64,000 nucleotides of DNA from Candidatus Cloacimonadales bacterium (GCA_963662585.1 OY759729.1:448001-512000); one strand, 5' to 3'; positions 49,451 to 60,499 are shown, counted from the first letter of the stretch. The notes: generated by a model from the letters alone, not told the origin. Numbers and translations are program-made.

Positions 49451-52075
49451 ATGAAGATTAAAATCATATTTTTACTTTTGTTTATCCTATTAGCTACAAA
49501 TCTATTAGCTTCTGATTCTATTACTGAAAGAATCAACCGTTATTCTGGTATAAATGCCAATTCAATGCACACTTATCTAGATTCTTTAACTGGTTTAAAG
49601 TCCTATTATGCAGACTTTATAATGTCTCACATGAGTGATAATGATTTAGCAGTTATTACACCTGAATATCTTGATGAACATCTCACCTATTCCCTCAAAG
49701 CTCTCGATTTACCTTATGTTTCAGATGTTCCTGAAGAGTATTTCCAACACTTTGTTTTACCTTTAAGAATTTCTCAAGAACCTTTTGAACCTTGGCGTAA
49801 GGAATTTTATGACAAGCTCTATTCAGAAGTCTCTCAAGCCAGAACAATAAATGATGCGATATTGATTGCCGACCTCTATTATCAAGAGGGAATCTACTTC
49901 AGACAAACTTCAGGGAGAGATCAAGCTCCTCTTACTTCTATAAAAAGAGGTTATGGAAGATGTGAAGAGATGATGATTTTACAAATGGCAGTTTTCCGTT
50001 CAATAGGTATTCCCTGCCGTCCTGCCTCAGCTCCCTACTGGAGTTTTACAGACAGTAATCATGTTTGGACAGAAGTATGGACCCCTGAAGGATGGAAAAT
50101 AGTACCTGAAGCCTATCCTGAAAGTTATAGAAAATCATCTTGGGAGATTGATCGAGCTAAGAAAGCTCCTCTCATTACAACTGAAATTTATGGAAGTTTT
50201 GATTCTGCTTTATCATTTGAACAAAATAATTATGACACTAAACTTAACATCACTGATGTCTATGGCACTACAGTAAAAACTTTAGTTACTGTTCTTGATG
50301 AAGACAAGAAGCCTGTAGCTAAGGCAAAGATTCATTATTATGCAACTACTTTTGGCGGTTTATTTCAATTGTACACAACAGAAAGCAATGAGAAAGGTCA
50401 GGCTGAAGTTTACTTTGGAGAGAGCTCACTCTTCGTAACTGCGGGGAAACAAGATAAAACTGGACATGGTTTTCTTAATACCCTTAATGAAATTAACTCA
50501 AGCACAATCATTATTTCTCAGAATAATATCATAGACCAAAATGTTGTTTTTAATTTCCCTTTAGACTCCTCTGCAAATAAAGATTTTGGAGTAAGTGAAA
50601 AAAACAAAAAATATTTACAAGACATAACTGATCTTGCTAATAAAAAAAGAGAGGTAAGACTTCTGCAAAATAAAAAAACTCAGCAATTCCTCTCTAATTA
50701 TCCACTTCCACAAGCTAAAGAGAATGAAGAGGAATATCTCAACAAACGAGAAGCCTACCTCAGTAAATGTGAAGAGTTAGCAGGGAATGCAGATAACTGG
50801 CTCTATATTGATTCTAAAATACCCCAATACTCTAATCCAGAAATTACCAGAAAAATTATGATTGATTTAATTATCGATAAAGATATAAAAGATTTAATTG
50901 AATTACCAGATACTACAGCTATCGAAAACCTTCTCTTAACATTAGTCGATAGTAGATTATTCTATAAAGATAAGTATAATTATGAACTTTTTAGAAATAA
51001 TGTTATGAAGGGAGCTTTTGGAGCAAATCCATTTCCTGAGACAGGTTGGCAAAAGAGCATATCTTTAATCACCAAAGATTTAAGGGAAAAAAGTATGAAG
51101 CAAACTGTTGAAAATATTCAACAATGGCTAAAAGAAAATACTATCCTTGATAATAACCCTGTTTGGAGTTATTTTGGTGGTAGCTTGACACCTTGTCAGT
51201 ACTTAAATAAAAAATATCTTTCCCAAAGTCAACAGATTTACCTCCTAACATCCTTCTTACAAACTTCTGGCCTAGCTCTTCGCTGGCAGGGATTCTTAGA
51301 GTATTATAATGGAGAAGAATGGGTTAAAATTCCTACAGATGAAGAGAATGAAGAGAATGATATTCCCCCTGCAGGAGATCCTGTGAAAAAGGAATTTGAA
51401 ATTGTTATTAGTGTTGATGATAAGACTCAAATACCTGAGCCTTATAGCAATTTTTTACTTGCCTCAAACTCTGTTAATGGAGATTTATCTAACACTTGGT
51501 TTGACTTTGAAGAAAAAGAAGGCAAATACATTGTTAAATACTACCAACAACCTGGACAGCAAAACTATATTGAAGGTTATGTTAGGAATATGAATGGTGA
51601 TGCTAACCTTATCATTAAGCCAGTTGATTTATCGACAGAGAAATTAGAACTAAACTTTATCACACCTAAAACAGCTAGTGAAAACAATATTACCTGGTCA
51701 GCTATTACTAAGTCCAAACTTAATGACCTCCTTGCTAGCAAGAATCTTTCAGAGCAAAAGTCAATAGTACTTGTCCTTAACCAAGAAGGGAATGAACCAC
51801 AAGAAAGAATGCTAGAGCAACTAATTAATAAACTCCCTGATTTCACAAATAAGAATATTAATGTACTAGTTTACTCCCAAAATAGAGTAATTCCCGAATT
51901 AGTTAACCTTAACCAAGATAAATTCTTCTATCAATCTGCTTCCAGAATAGTAGAAGAAGATATTTCTTTAGATAACTACCCAGCGATTTTCCTGATGGAT
52001 AAAGGCAATATTATTACCTCTGCCAATGGTTTTGATTTAGGTTTAATAAATTATCTATATCGCTTAGTTGATTAG
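49451..52075 (+). CDS. Exported transglutaminase-like domain protein
   Basis: Signal peptide; FVLPLRISQE, GYGRCEE, RSIGIPCR, NHVWTEVW. Confidence 0.82.
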   Translation: MKIKIIFLLLFILLATNLLASDSITERINRYSGINANSMHTYLDSLTGLKSYYADFIMSHMSDNDLAVITPEYLDEHLTYSLKALDLPYVSDVPEEYFQHFVLPLRISQEPFEPWRKEFYDKLYSEVSQARTINDAILIADLYYQEGIYFRQTSGRDQAPLTSIKRGYGRCEEMMILQMAVFRSIGIPCRPASAPYWSFTDSNHVWTEVWTPEGWKIVPEAYPESYRKSSWEIDRAKKAPLITTEIYGSFDSALSFEQNNYDTKLNITDVYGTTVKTLVTVLDEDKKPVAKAKIHYYATTFGGLFQLYTTESNEKGQAEVYFGESSLFVTAGKQDKTGHGFLNTLNEINSSTIIISQNNIIDQNVVFNFPLDSSANKDFGVSEKNKKYLQDITDLANKKREVRLLQNKKTQQFLSNYPLPQAKENEEEYLNKREAYLSKCEELAGNADNWLYIDSKIPQYSNPEITRKIMIDLIIDKDIKDLIELPDTTAIENLLLTLVDSRLFYKDKYNYELFRNNVMKGAFGANPFPETGWQKSISLITKDLREKSMKQTVENIQQWLKENTILDNNPVWSYFGGSLTPCQYLNKKYLSQSQQIYLLTSFLQTSGLALRWQGFLEYYNGEEWVKIPTDEENEENDIPPAGDPVKKEFEIVISVDDKTQIPEPYSNFLLASNSVNGDLSNTWFDFEEKEGKYIVKYYQQPGQQNYIEGYVRNMNGDANLIIKPVDLSTEKLELNFITPKTASENNITWSAITKSKLNDLLASKNLSEQKSIVLVLNQEGNEPQERMLEQLINKLPDFTNKNINVLVYSQNRVIPELVNLNQDKFFYQSASRIVEEDISLDNYPAIFLMDKGNIITSANGFDLGLINYLYRLVD

Positions 52076-52174
52076 ATATTAAGATTTTGCGAGTATTACT
52101 CAATAGTATTTAGCTGTTGAGTATGCTTTTTTATTGACATAATAAGTAAAGTTAATAATTTGACTTTACTTGCT

Positions 52175-52264
52175 GGAGATGTGTCCGAGCGGTTTAAGGA
52201 GCACGGTTGGAAACCGTGTATAGGTGCAAGCTTATCTAGAGTTCGAATCTCTACATCTCCGCCA
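52175..52264 (+). tRNA. tRNA-Ser (anticodon GGA)
   Basis: Acceptor GGAGATG/CATCTCC + GCCA; D arm CCGAGCGGTTTAAGG; anticodon stem CACGG-TTGGAAA-CCGTG; long variable arm; TTCGAAT T loop. Confidence 0.96.
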
Positions 52265-52383
52265 TTTTTTTAAAATTAATTACTTAATAAAATAATTTGC
52301 AGAAGATATTCAAATTAATCAGAAAATTACTAAATACATTATTATTTACTATCAGAACAATCAAAAAGAGATGATGAGGTTTA

Positions 52384-53244
52384 ATGAAAACATTTTTAGA
52401 TTGTATTCCCTGTTTCATGAATCAAGCACTAAAAGCTGGCAGAATAGCAACTACAGACCAAATTAAAATAAAAAAGATACTAGATAAAGTTGGTAGTGTA
52501 ATTAAGGATATTCCTTTAGAAAATACCCCTCCCGAGACTGGTGGAATCATTTATCGAATAGTATCTGAAATCACTGGAGTTACTGATCCTTATCAAGATA
52601 TTAAACAAAAGAATATTGCTCAAGCTTTAGAGATTTATCCAGAATATCATCAGAAAATTCTTAATGTAGAAGATTCAAAAGAAAGACTTGCTTTAGCTAT
52701 CAAAATAGCATGTGCTGGAAATGTTATTGATTTAGGTGTCGAAAGAGTATTTAATCTTAAAAAAGATATTGAAGATGCCATTAGTCACCAGTTTAAAATA
52801 TGGGATTTTGAACAATTCTATACTAAATTAACTTCAGCAAAAACTATTCTTTATATCGGTGATAATAGTGGCGAGGCTGTTTTTGATAAAATCCTGATTG
52901 AACAACTAAATGCAGATGTTATTTTTGCAACCCGTGGAATCCCTGTTTTGAATGATATTACCATGAAAGAAGCAAAGCAAATAGGTATTGCTAAACATGC
53001 TATGATAATTTCTTCAGGAGTGACATGTCCTGGAGCGATTATTAATCAATGCAATAAGGACTTTCTTGATATTTTCAACACATCAGATATCGTTATTGCT
53101 AAAGGACAAGGCAACTACGAAGCACTTTCGACAGAGAAAAGAGATATTTTCTTTTTGTTAAAAGCTAAATGCCCAGTAATTGCTCAAGATGCACAAGTTA
53201 AAGTAGAAGATTTTATTTTTAAATTTAAAAGGAAAGGACAATAA
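52384..53244 (+). CDS. DUF89/ARMT1-like damage-control phosphatase
   Basis: DCIPC, DPY..K, AGNVID, DNSGE..FD, LND, AKGQGNYEAL, KAKC. Confidence 0.9.
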   Translation: MKTFLDCIPCFMNQALKAGRIATTDQIKIKKILDKVGSVIKDIPLENTPPETGGIIYRIVSEITGVTDPYQDIKQKNIAQALEIYPEYHQKILNVEDSKERLALAIKIACAGNVIDLGVERVFNLKKDIEDAISHQFKIWDFEQFYTKLTSAKTILYIGDNSGEAVFDKILIEQLNADVIFATRGIPVLNDITMKEAKQIGIAKHAMIISSGVTCPGAIINQCNKDFLDIFNTSDIVIAKGQGNYEALSTEKRDIFFLLKAKCPVIAQDAQVKVEDFIFKFKRKGQ

Positions 53245-53250
53245 ATTAAG

Positions 53251-55080
53251 CTAATATTTAACAACATGTTGCATAACAACTTCTATCAATTCTTTAGCAT
53301 TGATGGGTTTCCCGATATAGTCATCACATCCTGCCTTAAGACAAATATACTTGTCTTCAGCCAAGATATTAGCAGTTTGGGCAATAATAGGTACTTTTAT
53401 TCCTCGTGATCGAATCTCTTTGGTTGCATCAATTCCATTCATTCTAGGCATTTGAATATCCATTAAAATAAAATCGTATTTAATTTCACAAGCCTTCTTG
53501 ACAGCCTCTAGCCCATCTTCTGCCCTTTCTACCAGAATTCCTGCCTTTTCTAAAATTCTCTTAATAATCGAATAATTTATAGAAATATCTTCTACTACCA
53601 GAGCTTTTAGCCCTTGAATACTTGCATTTTTATGATTTTTATTATTTTCCTGCTTGAGCTCCTTAATTTCTACTGAGGTACTTACATTAAAGCTAATCGT
53701 ATTACCCATGATTTCATGATTATTTATCTTTAAGCCTTTCCCAAAATAACCACATAATTTATTGATTAAAGATATACCAAACTCTTCAGAATGAATATTC
53801 TTATTCTCTTCTAACCAGCTACCGGAAAGTACTTTACTTATATATTTATCTTCAAGAGCCTCACCTGTATCAGAAATTTGAAATAAAAGTCCTGAGTTAT
53901 CTAACACAGAGAAAATTAACCCTACCTCTCCTTTAGCAGTGCGATTATAAGCATCTAAAAGAAGACTTTTCAAAATTATGAGCAACTTATCAAAATCTGA
54001 ATAAATATAATAGTTCTTATCAGCAGGGGTATTCAAACTAAACTTAATATTTCTGTTATTAATTTCGCCAAAATAGCTCTTGAGTTTTGTTATAAGTGAA
54101 TCCAAATTAAAGGAAGACTTATTTATTGTCAGGGATTCAGCTTCTATCTTAGAATAAAGAACTATTTCATCAATCATCCTTAAAAGATTCTTACCACTAT
54201 CATTTATTTGTTTAATATCTGCTTCTGTACAGTAGCTATCAGCATTCTCCAAAAAGCTATCAGAAATTCCAATTATACTATTAAGAGGAGTTCTAATCTG
54301 ATGAGAAATATTCTTTAAAAATGTTTGTTGCAATAAGTTTGCTTTCTTCTCTTTTTGATAAGCTGTCTGAAGTTCCTCTGTTTTATCAGCTACCAAATTA
54401 TCTAATTTTTCGTTAGTATGAGTCAATATTTGATTATGTTTTACTACTTCTTCCCGCAATAAGAATTCATTAATTCTATGTAATTCTGAAGAATAAGAGT
54501 TAACCAATAGCATTACTAATACTGCATAAAAATACCAGTGATTTAACATGTATAAAGGGCCAATCCCTAAGCTAGTGAAGGTTGTATATTCGAAAGTTAT
54601 ACTAAAAAGAAATGAGCCTAATAAACAATTTACAAAAGATTGCCGGAAGAAAACATTAGATACTAATACAACAATGTAAAATCCAAAAAAATAGTAATTC
54701 TTTAAATCACTATTACTTGCAATTATCATATAGAGAATGGAAAGTCCTGATATTAATACTGTGAAACCAATTATTCTTTCTCCAAACTTATCGAAAAATT
54801 TAGAAAAGGAGAAAATATAACTACCAATTCCTAAGAATAGGCCAATGGATAATCTTAAAATCATTGCTTCCCAAAAGATATCATGGATTATAAAATAATC
54901 TGTAAAACCAAAGATTATATAGATAAATACCGATACTATAAGGGCTACTCTCCCATTACGAAGAAATGCTTCAATATTAGATTCATGAAACTTATCTTGT
55001 AAATCATCATCTACAAACCTAAGCGTTAGCTTATTATAATCCCCCCCTAAGGATTTAATTTTCTTTTGTATCTCAGTCAT
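53251..55080 (-). CDS. Membrane hybrid histidine kinase-like protein with receiver domain (degenerate ATPase)
   Basis: TM region; ISHQIRTPLNSIIG H-box; receiver VED...LMDIQMPRMNG...AQTA...KP. Confidence 0.85.
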   Translation of the reverse strand: MTEIQKKIKSLGGDYNKLTLRFVDDDLQDKFHESNIEAFLRNGRVALIVSVFIYIIFGFTDYFIIHDIFWEAMILRLSIGLFLGIGSYIFSFSKFFDKFGERIIGFTVLISGLSILYMIIASNSDLKNYYFFGFYIVVLVSNVFFRQSFVNCLLGSFLFSITFEYTTFTSLGIGPLYMLNHWYFYAVLVMLLVNSYSSELHRINEFLLREEVVKHNQILTHTNEKLDNLVADKTEELQTAYQKEKKANLLQQTFLKNISHQIRTPLNSIIGISDSFLENADSYCTEADIKQINDSGKNLLRMIDEIVLYSKIEAESLTINKSSFNLDSLITKLKSYFGEINNRNIKFSLNTPADKNYYIYSDFDKLLIILKSLLLDAYNRTAKGEVGLIFSVLDNSGLLFQISDTGEALEDKYISKVLSGSWLEENKNIHSEEFGISLINKLCGYFGKGLKINNHEIMGNTISFNVSTSVEIKELKQENNKNHKNASIQGLKALVVEDISINYSIIKRILEKAGILVERAEDGLEAVKKACEIKYDFILMDIQMPRMNGIDATKEIRSRGIKVPIIAQTANILAEDKYICLKAGCDDYIGKPINAKELIEVVMQHVVKY

Positions 55081-55495
55081 GGAATAAATACCTCAGATAA
55101 TAGAATAGTTATAAAATAGATTTAAACAATATTTAATTTATAAAATTCTATTTCTAAGGATTAGAGACTCTTAGCTATTTATTCAAGTCTGGTGGAAATT
55201 ATTCTACATTTCTTTGCACCTTATTATTGCATTACAGTAAGTTAGAGTTTATAGTGCACAATAAATAGAATTTTTTTGCTAAATAAGATTTAAATCTGTA
55301 GAGATAAGTCGTAAATCCTCAGCGGGGATATTCGAAGAATAACACAGTAATGAAAATTAACATTGACCTTATTATTTCTATCAGACTTGAACTTGAGATT
55401 AATAAAATAATCAATTGACAAATTAGGAGTCATTTTTTTTATGATAATCTCTTGTTGTGGGTGGTGTTAAGATATTAATGACAAAGGAGGTAAAG

Positions 55496-56572
55496 ATGAA
55501 AGAGAGAATTATTGGTCTTGATGTTGCCAGAGCTTTGGCTGTATTTGGGATGATAATAGTAAATTTTAAAATAGTTCTTGGAACAGAAGGAGCTACTTGG
55601 GCAAAGAGCTTTGCTGGTATTCTTGAAGGTAAAGCAGCAGCTACCTTCGTTGTATTAGCTGGTATTGGGATTGCTTTTATGACTAAAAGCTCAATTTTGG
55701 AACAGAAGGCTCATAAACTCAACTTAGTCAGAAAAAAGATAGTTAAAAGAGCCTTACTTCTCTTCATTCTTGGTATTTCTTACATTGTTATTTGGCCAGC
55801 TGATATTCTTCATTTCTACGGAATATATATGTTAATCACTCTTCTCTTGATAAAAAGCAGTAACAAAACCATCATAACAACAGCCTTAAGCTTAATATTT
55901 ATCTATCCCTTGCTGATGATATTTATTAACTATGAAACAGGCTGGGATTTCATAACTTTGAACTATCATGATTTTTGGACTATTCCAGGTTTTATCAGAA
56001 ACCTGTTCTATAACGGTTTTCATCCTGTTGTTCCTTGGACATCTTTCATGATAATGGGTTATTGGTTAGGAAAGCAAGATCTCCATAAAGTCAAATTTGT
56101 TAAAAGATGTTTAACATACTCTATAATTACTTTCATTTCCCTACAGCTTTTTTCATTTCTTTTAATACTCCTTTTAGCAAATGGAGATATAAAAACTACA
56201 ACTGAGCTAAAAGAAGTATTAGGAACTAATCCTATGCCTCCCTTACCTATTTATATGATAAGCGGAATTTCCATTGCTTTTACCATAATCTCAGCTTGTA
56301 TTTTGCTAGGTTATAAATTCAAAGATAATAAAGTAATCCATATTTTAAAGCAGACAGGACAATTAGCTTTAACCTTTTATGTCGCTCATGTAATTGTTGG
56401 GATGGGAATCATTGAAATGATTAATCCAGATAAAATAGGAAATTATTCTATTGAGTTTTCAGTAATTTACGCCTTAGGCTTCAGTCTTTTAACAATGCTA
56501 TTCACAGTCGTTTGGTTAAAATATAAAAAAAAAGGACCCTTAGAATGGATTATGCACAAATTAATAGAATAA
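55496..56572 (+). CDS. DUF418/DUF1624 family membrane protein
   Basis: RIIGLDVARALA, ADILHFYG, GQLALTFYVAH, GPLEW; start set at ATG after AAGGAGG. Confidence 0.85.
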   Translation: MKERIIGLDVARALAVFGMIIVNFKIVLGTEGATWAKSFAGILEGKAAATFVVLAGIGIAFMTKSSILEQKAHKLNLVRKKIVKRALLLFILGISYIVIWPADILHFYGIYMLITLLLIKSSNKTIITTALSLIFIYPLLMIFINYETGWDFITLNYHDFWTIPGFIRNLFYNGFHPVVPWTSFMIMGYWLGKQDLHKVKFVKRCLTYSIITFISLQLFSFLLILLLANGDIKTTTELKEVLGTNPMPPLPIYMISGISIAFTIISACILLGYKFKDNKVIHILKQTGQLALTFYVAHVIVGMGIIEMINPDKIGNYSIEFSVIYALGFSLLTMLFTVVWLKYKKKGPLEWIMHKLIE

Positions 56573-56592
56573 CAAATAGTTAGGAGGGAAAA

Positions 56593-57819
56593 ATGTTAAG
56601 CAAGATAGTTCTATATTCCCCATTAATGCCCTTAGAAGTAGCTCAGCAGAAATACGAGAGTGTTTTTGGAAAAGCATCAGAGCTAATTTTCTCAGCTCAG
56701 AAAATAGCCAATTTCTCTTCTGATTTTACCATTATCTACATTCTTACAGGTGGAGTGGAAAGAATTGCTCAAGATATTATCACTAATACTAAGCAAAAAG
56801 TCTTATTAATAGCCTTGGAAAATGATAATTCTCTAGCAGCATGTTATGAATTAAAAGCTTTCAATTCTGATACTAAAGTGAATATGCTATATGTAGCAAA
56901 ATCACAAAATCGTCAGAATATTGATCAATACATGCTGAAAGTTATGACCAAAATCGATGCTTTTATAAAAATATCCCAATACCATACTGCAATCATTTGC
57001 ACCAATTTCGGAATTATTGGAGGTATTTCAGACTGGTTAATAAACTCTCAAGCTCAACCTTTCCCTAAGGAATTTGAAATTAACCCTGTTGAAATTAGAC
57101 TAACTGAAATTATGAAGATCTACAGAGACACAGATAAGCAGGTTATTGAACCAATTTTACTTGAATGGAATGAAAAGTATAATCTTGAAAACATAAAAAG
57201 TGAAGAGCTCGAAAAGTCAGCCTCGTTGTTTTATGCTCTTTATGAAATTGTTAAAAAGTATGATTTATCTGCTGTGACCATCAAGTGTTTTGACTTATTA
57301 CCTTTCAAAGTTACAGCCTGTTTAGCTCTGGCAGAACTTAATGACATTGGGATTATAGCTGGTTGTGAAGGTGATACCCAGGCCCTTTTTACTCTCTTTA
57401 TAGCAAAAATTATTACTAAAGAAGTTCCTTGGATGGCTAATATTTCTGATATAAATATTAAAAGGAACACTCTTCAGTTAGCTCATTGCACAGTACCTAC
57501 CCTATTTTTGTCTAAAAAGAACAATATTACCTTAGATACTCACATGGAATCAGATTTAAGTTTAGCAATTTGTGGAGATCTTCCTTTAGGCAAGGTAACC
57601 ATAATTCGTATAGGCAAATCTCTTTCTCAACACTTTATTATGGAAGGAGAAGTTATAGCTTCCAATATGGGAAATAAAAATATATGTCGAACCCAGACCA
57701 TAATTAAGATTAATGAAAGTAGCAACTGGTACGATAAGTTAGTAGGTAATCACCAAATTCTTGTTAAAGGACACCATAAAAGAGAAATTAGAAGTTATTT
57801 AGATTATATTTCTGATTAG
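56593..57819 (+). CDS. L-fucose/L-arabinose isomerase-like protein
   Basis: TIKCFDL, TACLAL..LND.G..AGCEGD, AHCTVP, CRTQ, GNH. Confidence 0.75.
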   Translation: MLSKIVLYSPLMPLEVAQQKYESVFGKASELIFSAQKIANFSSDFTIIYILTGGVERIAQDIITNTKQKVLLIALENDNSLAACYELKAFNSDTKVNMLYVAKSQNRQNIDQYMLKVMTKIDAFIKISQYHTAIICTNFGIIGGISDWLINSQAQPFPKEFEINPVEIRLTEIMKIYRDTDKQVIEPILLEWNEKYNLENIKSEELEKSASLFYALYEIVKKYDLSAVTIKCFDLLPFKVTACLALAELNDIGIIAGCEGDTQALFTLFIAKIITKEVPWMANISDINIKRNTLQLAHCTVPTLFLSKKNNITLDTHMESDLSLAICGDLPLGKVTIIRIGKSLSQHFIMEGEVIASNMGNKNICRTQTIIKINESSNWYDKLVGNHQILVKGHHKREIRSYLDYISD

Positions 57820-57854
57820 AAATCAAAAGATTAAGGGAAATTCAATTAATATTG

Positions 57855-58415
57855 TTAGAGTTGAAAACTAAGCAGGATGCCAATCATAAAAATGTGTTCA
57901 TGAAAATCGATAACGAATTCCTTATTCTCTTCTTTTCGTGAATATAGGTATTTATATTCTCCATAAGCTCCGAATTTCCAGACTATTCTATAACTTAATC
58001 CAACTTCAATATCGAAGAGCCAGTTTTTGTTATGCTTGTCTAAGTATCCTTCTACAGGGACTTGTAAAACACCAAATCCTCCTCCAGCAAAGAGCTTAAA
58101 TCTATCGGGAATAAAGGGCCTATGGATATAAAAAATGTTTATAGCTGTAAAGTCTGATATTTCATACCAGTGAGTAGGACCTGGACTATTAGTATAATAT
58201 TCTCCTGTAAGAGATATCGCAAGAGGTAAAGGTAAATATTGAAAATCAAGAGCAAGCTGTCCCCCACCCAATTTTCCTATTTCAGAACGATTATCATTAA
58301 ACCCGCCTTGTCCCCATCTAAAAGTAAATTCAAATTTATCTTTATTAACAGATTCAAGGCTTTGAATACAAAGTAATAAAAGAAGAAATAGTACTACTTT
58401 AAAGCATTTCATCAT
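57855..58415 (-). CDS. Small outer-membrane beta-barrel protein
   Basis: Signal peptide, about 8 amphipathic strands, FAGGGFG. Confidence 0.6.
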   Translation of the reverse strand: MMKCFKVVLFLLLLLCIQSLESVNKDKFEFTFRWGQGGFNDNRSEIGKLGGGQLALDFQYLPLPLAISLTGEYYTNSPGPTHWYEISDFTAINIFYIHRPFIPDRFKLFAGGGFGVLQVPVEGYLDKHNKNWLFDIEVGLSYRIVWKFGAYGEYKYLYSRKEENKEFVIDFHEHIFMIGILLSFQL

Positions 58416-58512
58416 ACTTCCTTCAGAGATATAATAATCTCCTCTAATAATATAAGCTATAAATATTATAAGTCAAGTAATACTATTTCAGTATTTTATA
58501 ATCTAAAAAACA

Positions 58513-59370
58513 TTAACTTTTATCAGAATAAATTTGATTATAGATATGATCCAGAGATATCTTATTTTCAGAAATTGAGAGGATATGTAAATGCTCCAGC
58601 TCTTTTAGTTTCTTGTATAAGTCTCTTTCATCCTTGACAATTAAGCTTTTTTCTTGAGAATTTTCCAAGTATGAGATATTAAAACTTTTATCAATTTGAT
58701 ACTTTTCCATCAATCTTTTTAGGGTATCAGAGACTATTAATTTACCATCTTTCATGATTGTGATTAGCTCTGAAACAGCTTCTATTTCATGTAAATTATG
58801 AGATGAAAGAACAATTGTTTTATCACCATTTTTCATATAATCTTTAAGAATTGTAGAAATATCTTTAACAATGACAGGGTCTAAGCCAGCAAAGGGCTCA
58901 TCAAGAAATAGAATTTCCGGTTCATTAAGGAAAGTAGCACCGATAATTGTCTTTTTATACATTCCCGTAGATAGTTTAGATATTTTCTTTTTTAAAAACT
59001 CTGAAAGATCAAATTGTTCAATCAAGTCATTAATCTTTTTCTTTTTATTTTTAATACCATAAATATCTGCGAAGAAAGATAGGGTTTCACTGACCTTAAG
59101 TTCATCATAGAGTTTTAATTTCTCAGTTAGAAATCCTACTTTTTGGATCTCTGATTTAGTCATTTTACTAAGAGCTTTCCCTCTAAAGAGAACACTTCCT
59201 TTTTCAAAGGGAATAACTTTATTAGCTATCATAAAGGCAGTTGTTTTCCCAGCCCCATTATGTCCCAAGAGAGCTTGAATCTTGCCTTCTTCTATTTGCC
59301 ATGAGAATTCATCTAAAGCATTATGTTTCTTATAAGATTTCGTTACCTGTTCAAATTTAAATAAACTCAT
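58513..59370 (-). CDS. ABC transporter ATP-binding protein
   Basis: GHNGAGKTT, LSTGM, LDEPFAGLDP, SSH. Confidence 0.92.
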   Translation of the reverse strand: MSLFKFEQVTKSYKKHNALDEFSWQIEEGKIQALLGHNGAGKTTAFMIANKVIPFEKGSVLFRGKALSKMTKSEIQKVGFLTEKLKLYDELKVSETLSFFADIYGIKNKKKKINDLIEQFDLSEFLKKKISKLSTGMYKKTIIGATFLNEPEILFLDEPFAGLDPVIVKDISTILKDYMKNGDKTIVLSSHNLHEIEAVSELITIMKDGKLIVSDTLKRLMEKYQIDKSFNISYLENSQEKSLIVKDERDLYKKLKELEHLHILSISENKISLDHIYNQIYSDKS

Positions 59371-59384
59371 TGTTCCTCCTGAGA

Positions 59385-60395
59385 CTACATTGATTTGATA
59401 ATAGTTCTCTTCATAAAGAAAATACTCATGAAGAAAAGAATTACAGTGGTTCCTGAAATGATGAATAACTGCTGATAAGAAACATCATTTCTAATGATTT
59501 GTTCTATCAATTCTGAAATTAAAATAAGAGGGTTTACTTTCAGAATTGTTGTTACTAAAGGAGATAGGCTCTCTTTGATTGCTCCATAAAACACAGAGGG
59601 AAACCAGAAAAGCGTGGGTAAGATAGCTTTAAATCCCTCATTGGCTGTTACTGAGGAGAAGAATATACCTAACATGCCAGTAGGAATGATGATAAAGGGA
59701 AGATACCAAATCATAGCCAAATTGAGTGATAACTGTTTTGTTAATATTGCCACAGAATAGAAGACAGTAAAGGTAAGAATTTGCATAGCGAATACACCTA
59801 AGAGCTTACTTATGATTAATTCTCCTTTACTAACACCAGATTTTAAAATAATAAGAATGTTATGTTTTTTTATCTCTAAATTCATCAAGGCAGAACCGTA
59901 ATTTAAGGATGAAAAGAGTAATAAGAAATTAAATACCATAGAGAGTAAGGCGTAGTTCATACTAAAAGTCTTTTTCAAATTAAAGTGCTTTGTCTCTATA
60001 GGATAAAATTTACTGCGTAAAATATTATATACAAAGGTTGATTTATTCTTATTCATATTTATATAGAGAGTCTTTTCCCCTTCATCTAAATAATAGATAA
60101 CTGGTAACTTGCCCTTATCAAAGTCCAAAAGTAACTCTTCCTTGTCTGCATACTCAATATTCACTGGAATAATTTCTTCTAAATATTCAAAACTCTGTTG
60201 ATCTTGATTATCAAATTCATAAGCTAAATTTTTATCTACCCATATTTTTAGATTGTTAGCGGAAGACTTCTCCATGAATCCAAACAAAAAAAGATACAGG
60301 AGAGGAAAACCTAAAGAGAATATCAACATAAAAGGACTCTTATATTGGATTTTAAAATCCTTAATTACCAATGCAATAAACTTTCTCACACTCAC
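59385..60395 (-). CDS. ABC-2 type permease
   Basis: N-terminal TM, extracytoplasmic loop, about 5 C-terminal TMs, KVNPL; upstream of the ATPase. Confidence 0.8.
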   Translation of the reverse strand: MSVRKFIALVIKDFKIQYKSPFMLIFSLGFPLLYLFLFGFMEKSSANNLKIWVDKNLAYEFDNQDQQSFEYLEEIIPVNIEYADKEELLLDFDKGKLPVIYYLDEGEKTLYINMNKNKSTFVYNILRSKFYPIETKHFNLKKTFSMNYALLSMVFNFLLLFSSLNYGSALMNLEIKKHNILIILKSGVSKGELIISKLLGVFAMQILTFTVFYSVAILTKQLSLNLAMIWYLPFIIIPTGMLGIFFSSVTANEGFKAILPTLFWFPSVFYGAIKESLSPLVTTILKVNPLILISELIEQIIRNDVSYQQLFIISGTTVILFFMSIFFMKRTIIKSM

Positions 60396-60464
60396 CTCAA
60401 TATTTTATTTTTTCTTATTTTCGAAAATAGTCTTTAGTTGTCAATATGAAATTATTTTAGGAAT

Positions 60465-60499
60465 AAAAAAGGGAGAATTATCTCTAAGATACTTCTCCC
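60465..60499 (-). terminator. Terminator after lipoprotein gene
   Basis: GGGAGAA...TTCTCCC stem with adjacent A6 (T6 on minus). Confidence 0.6.
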
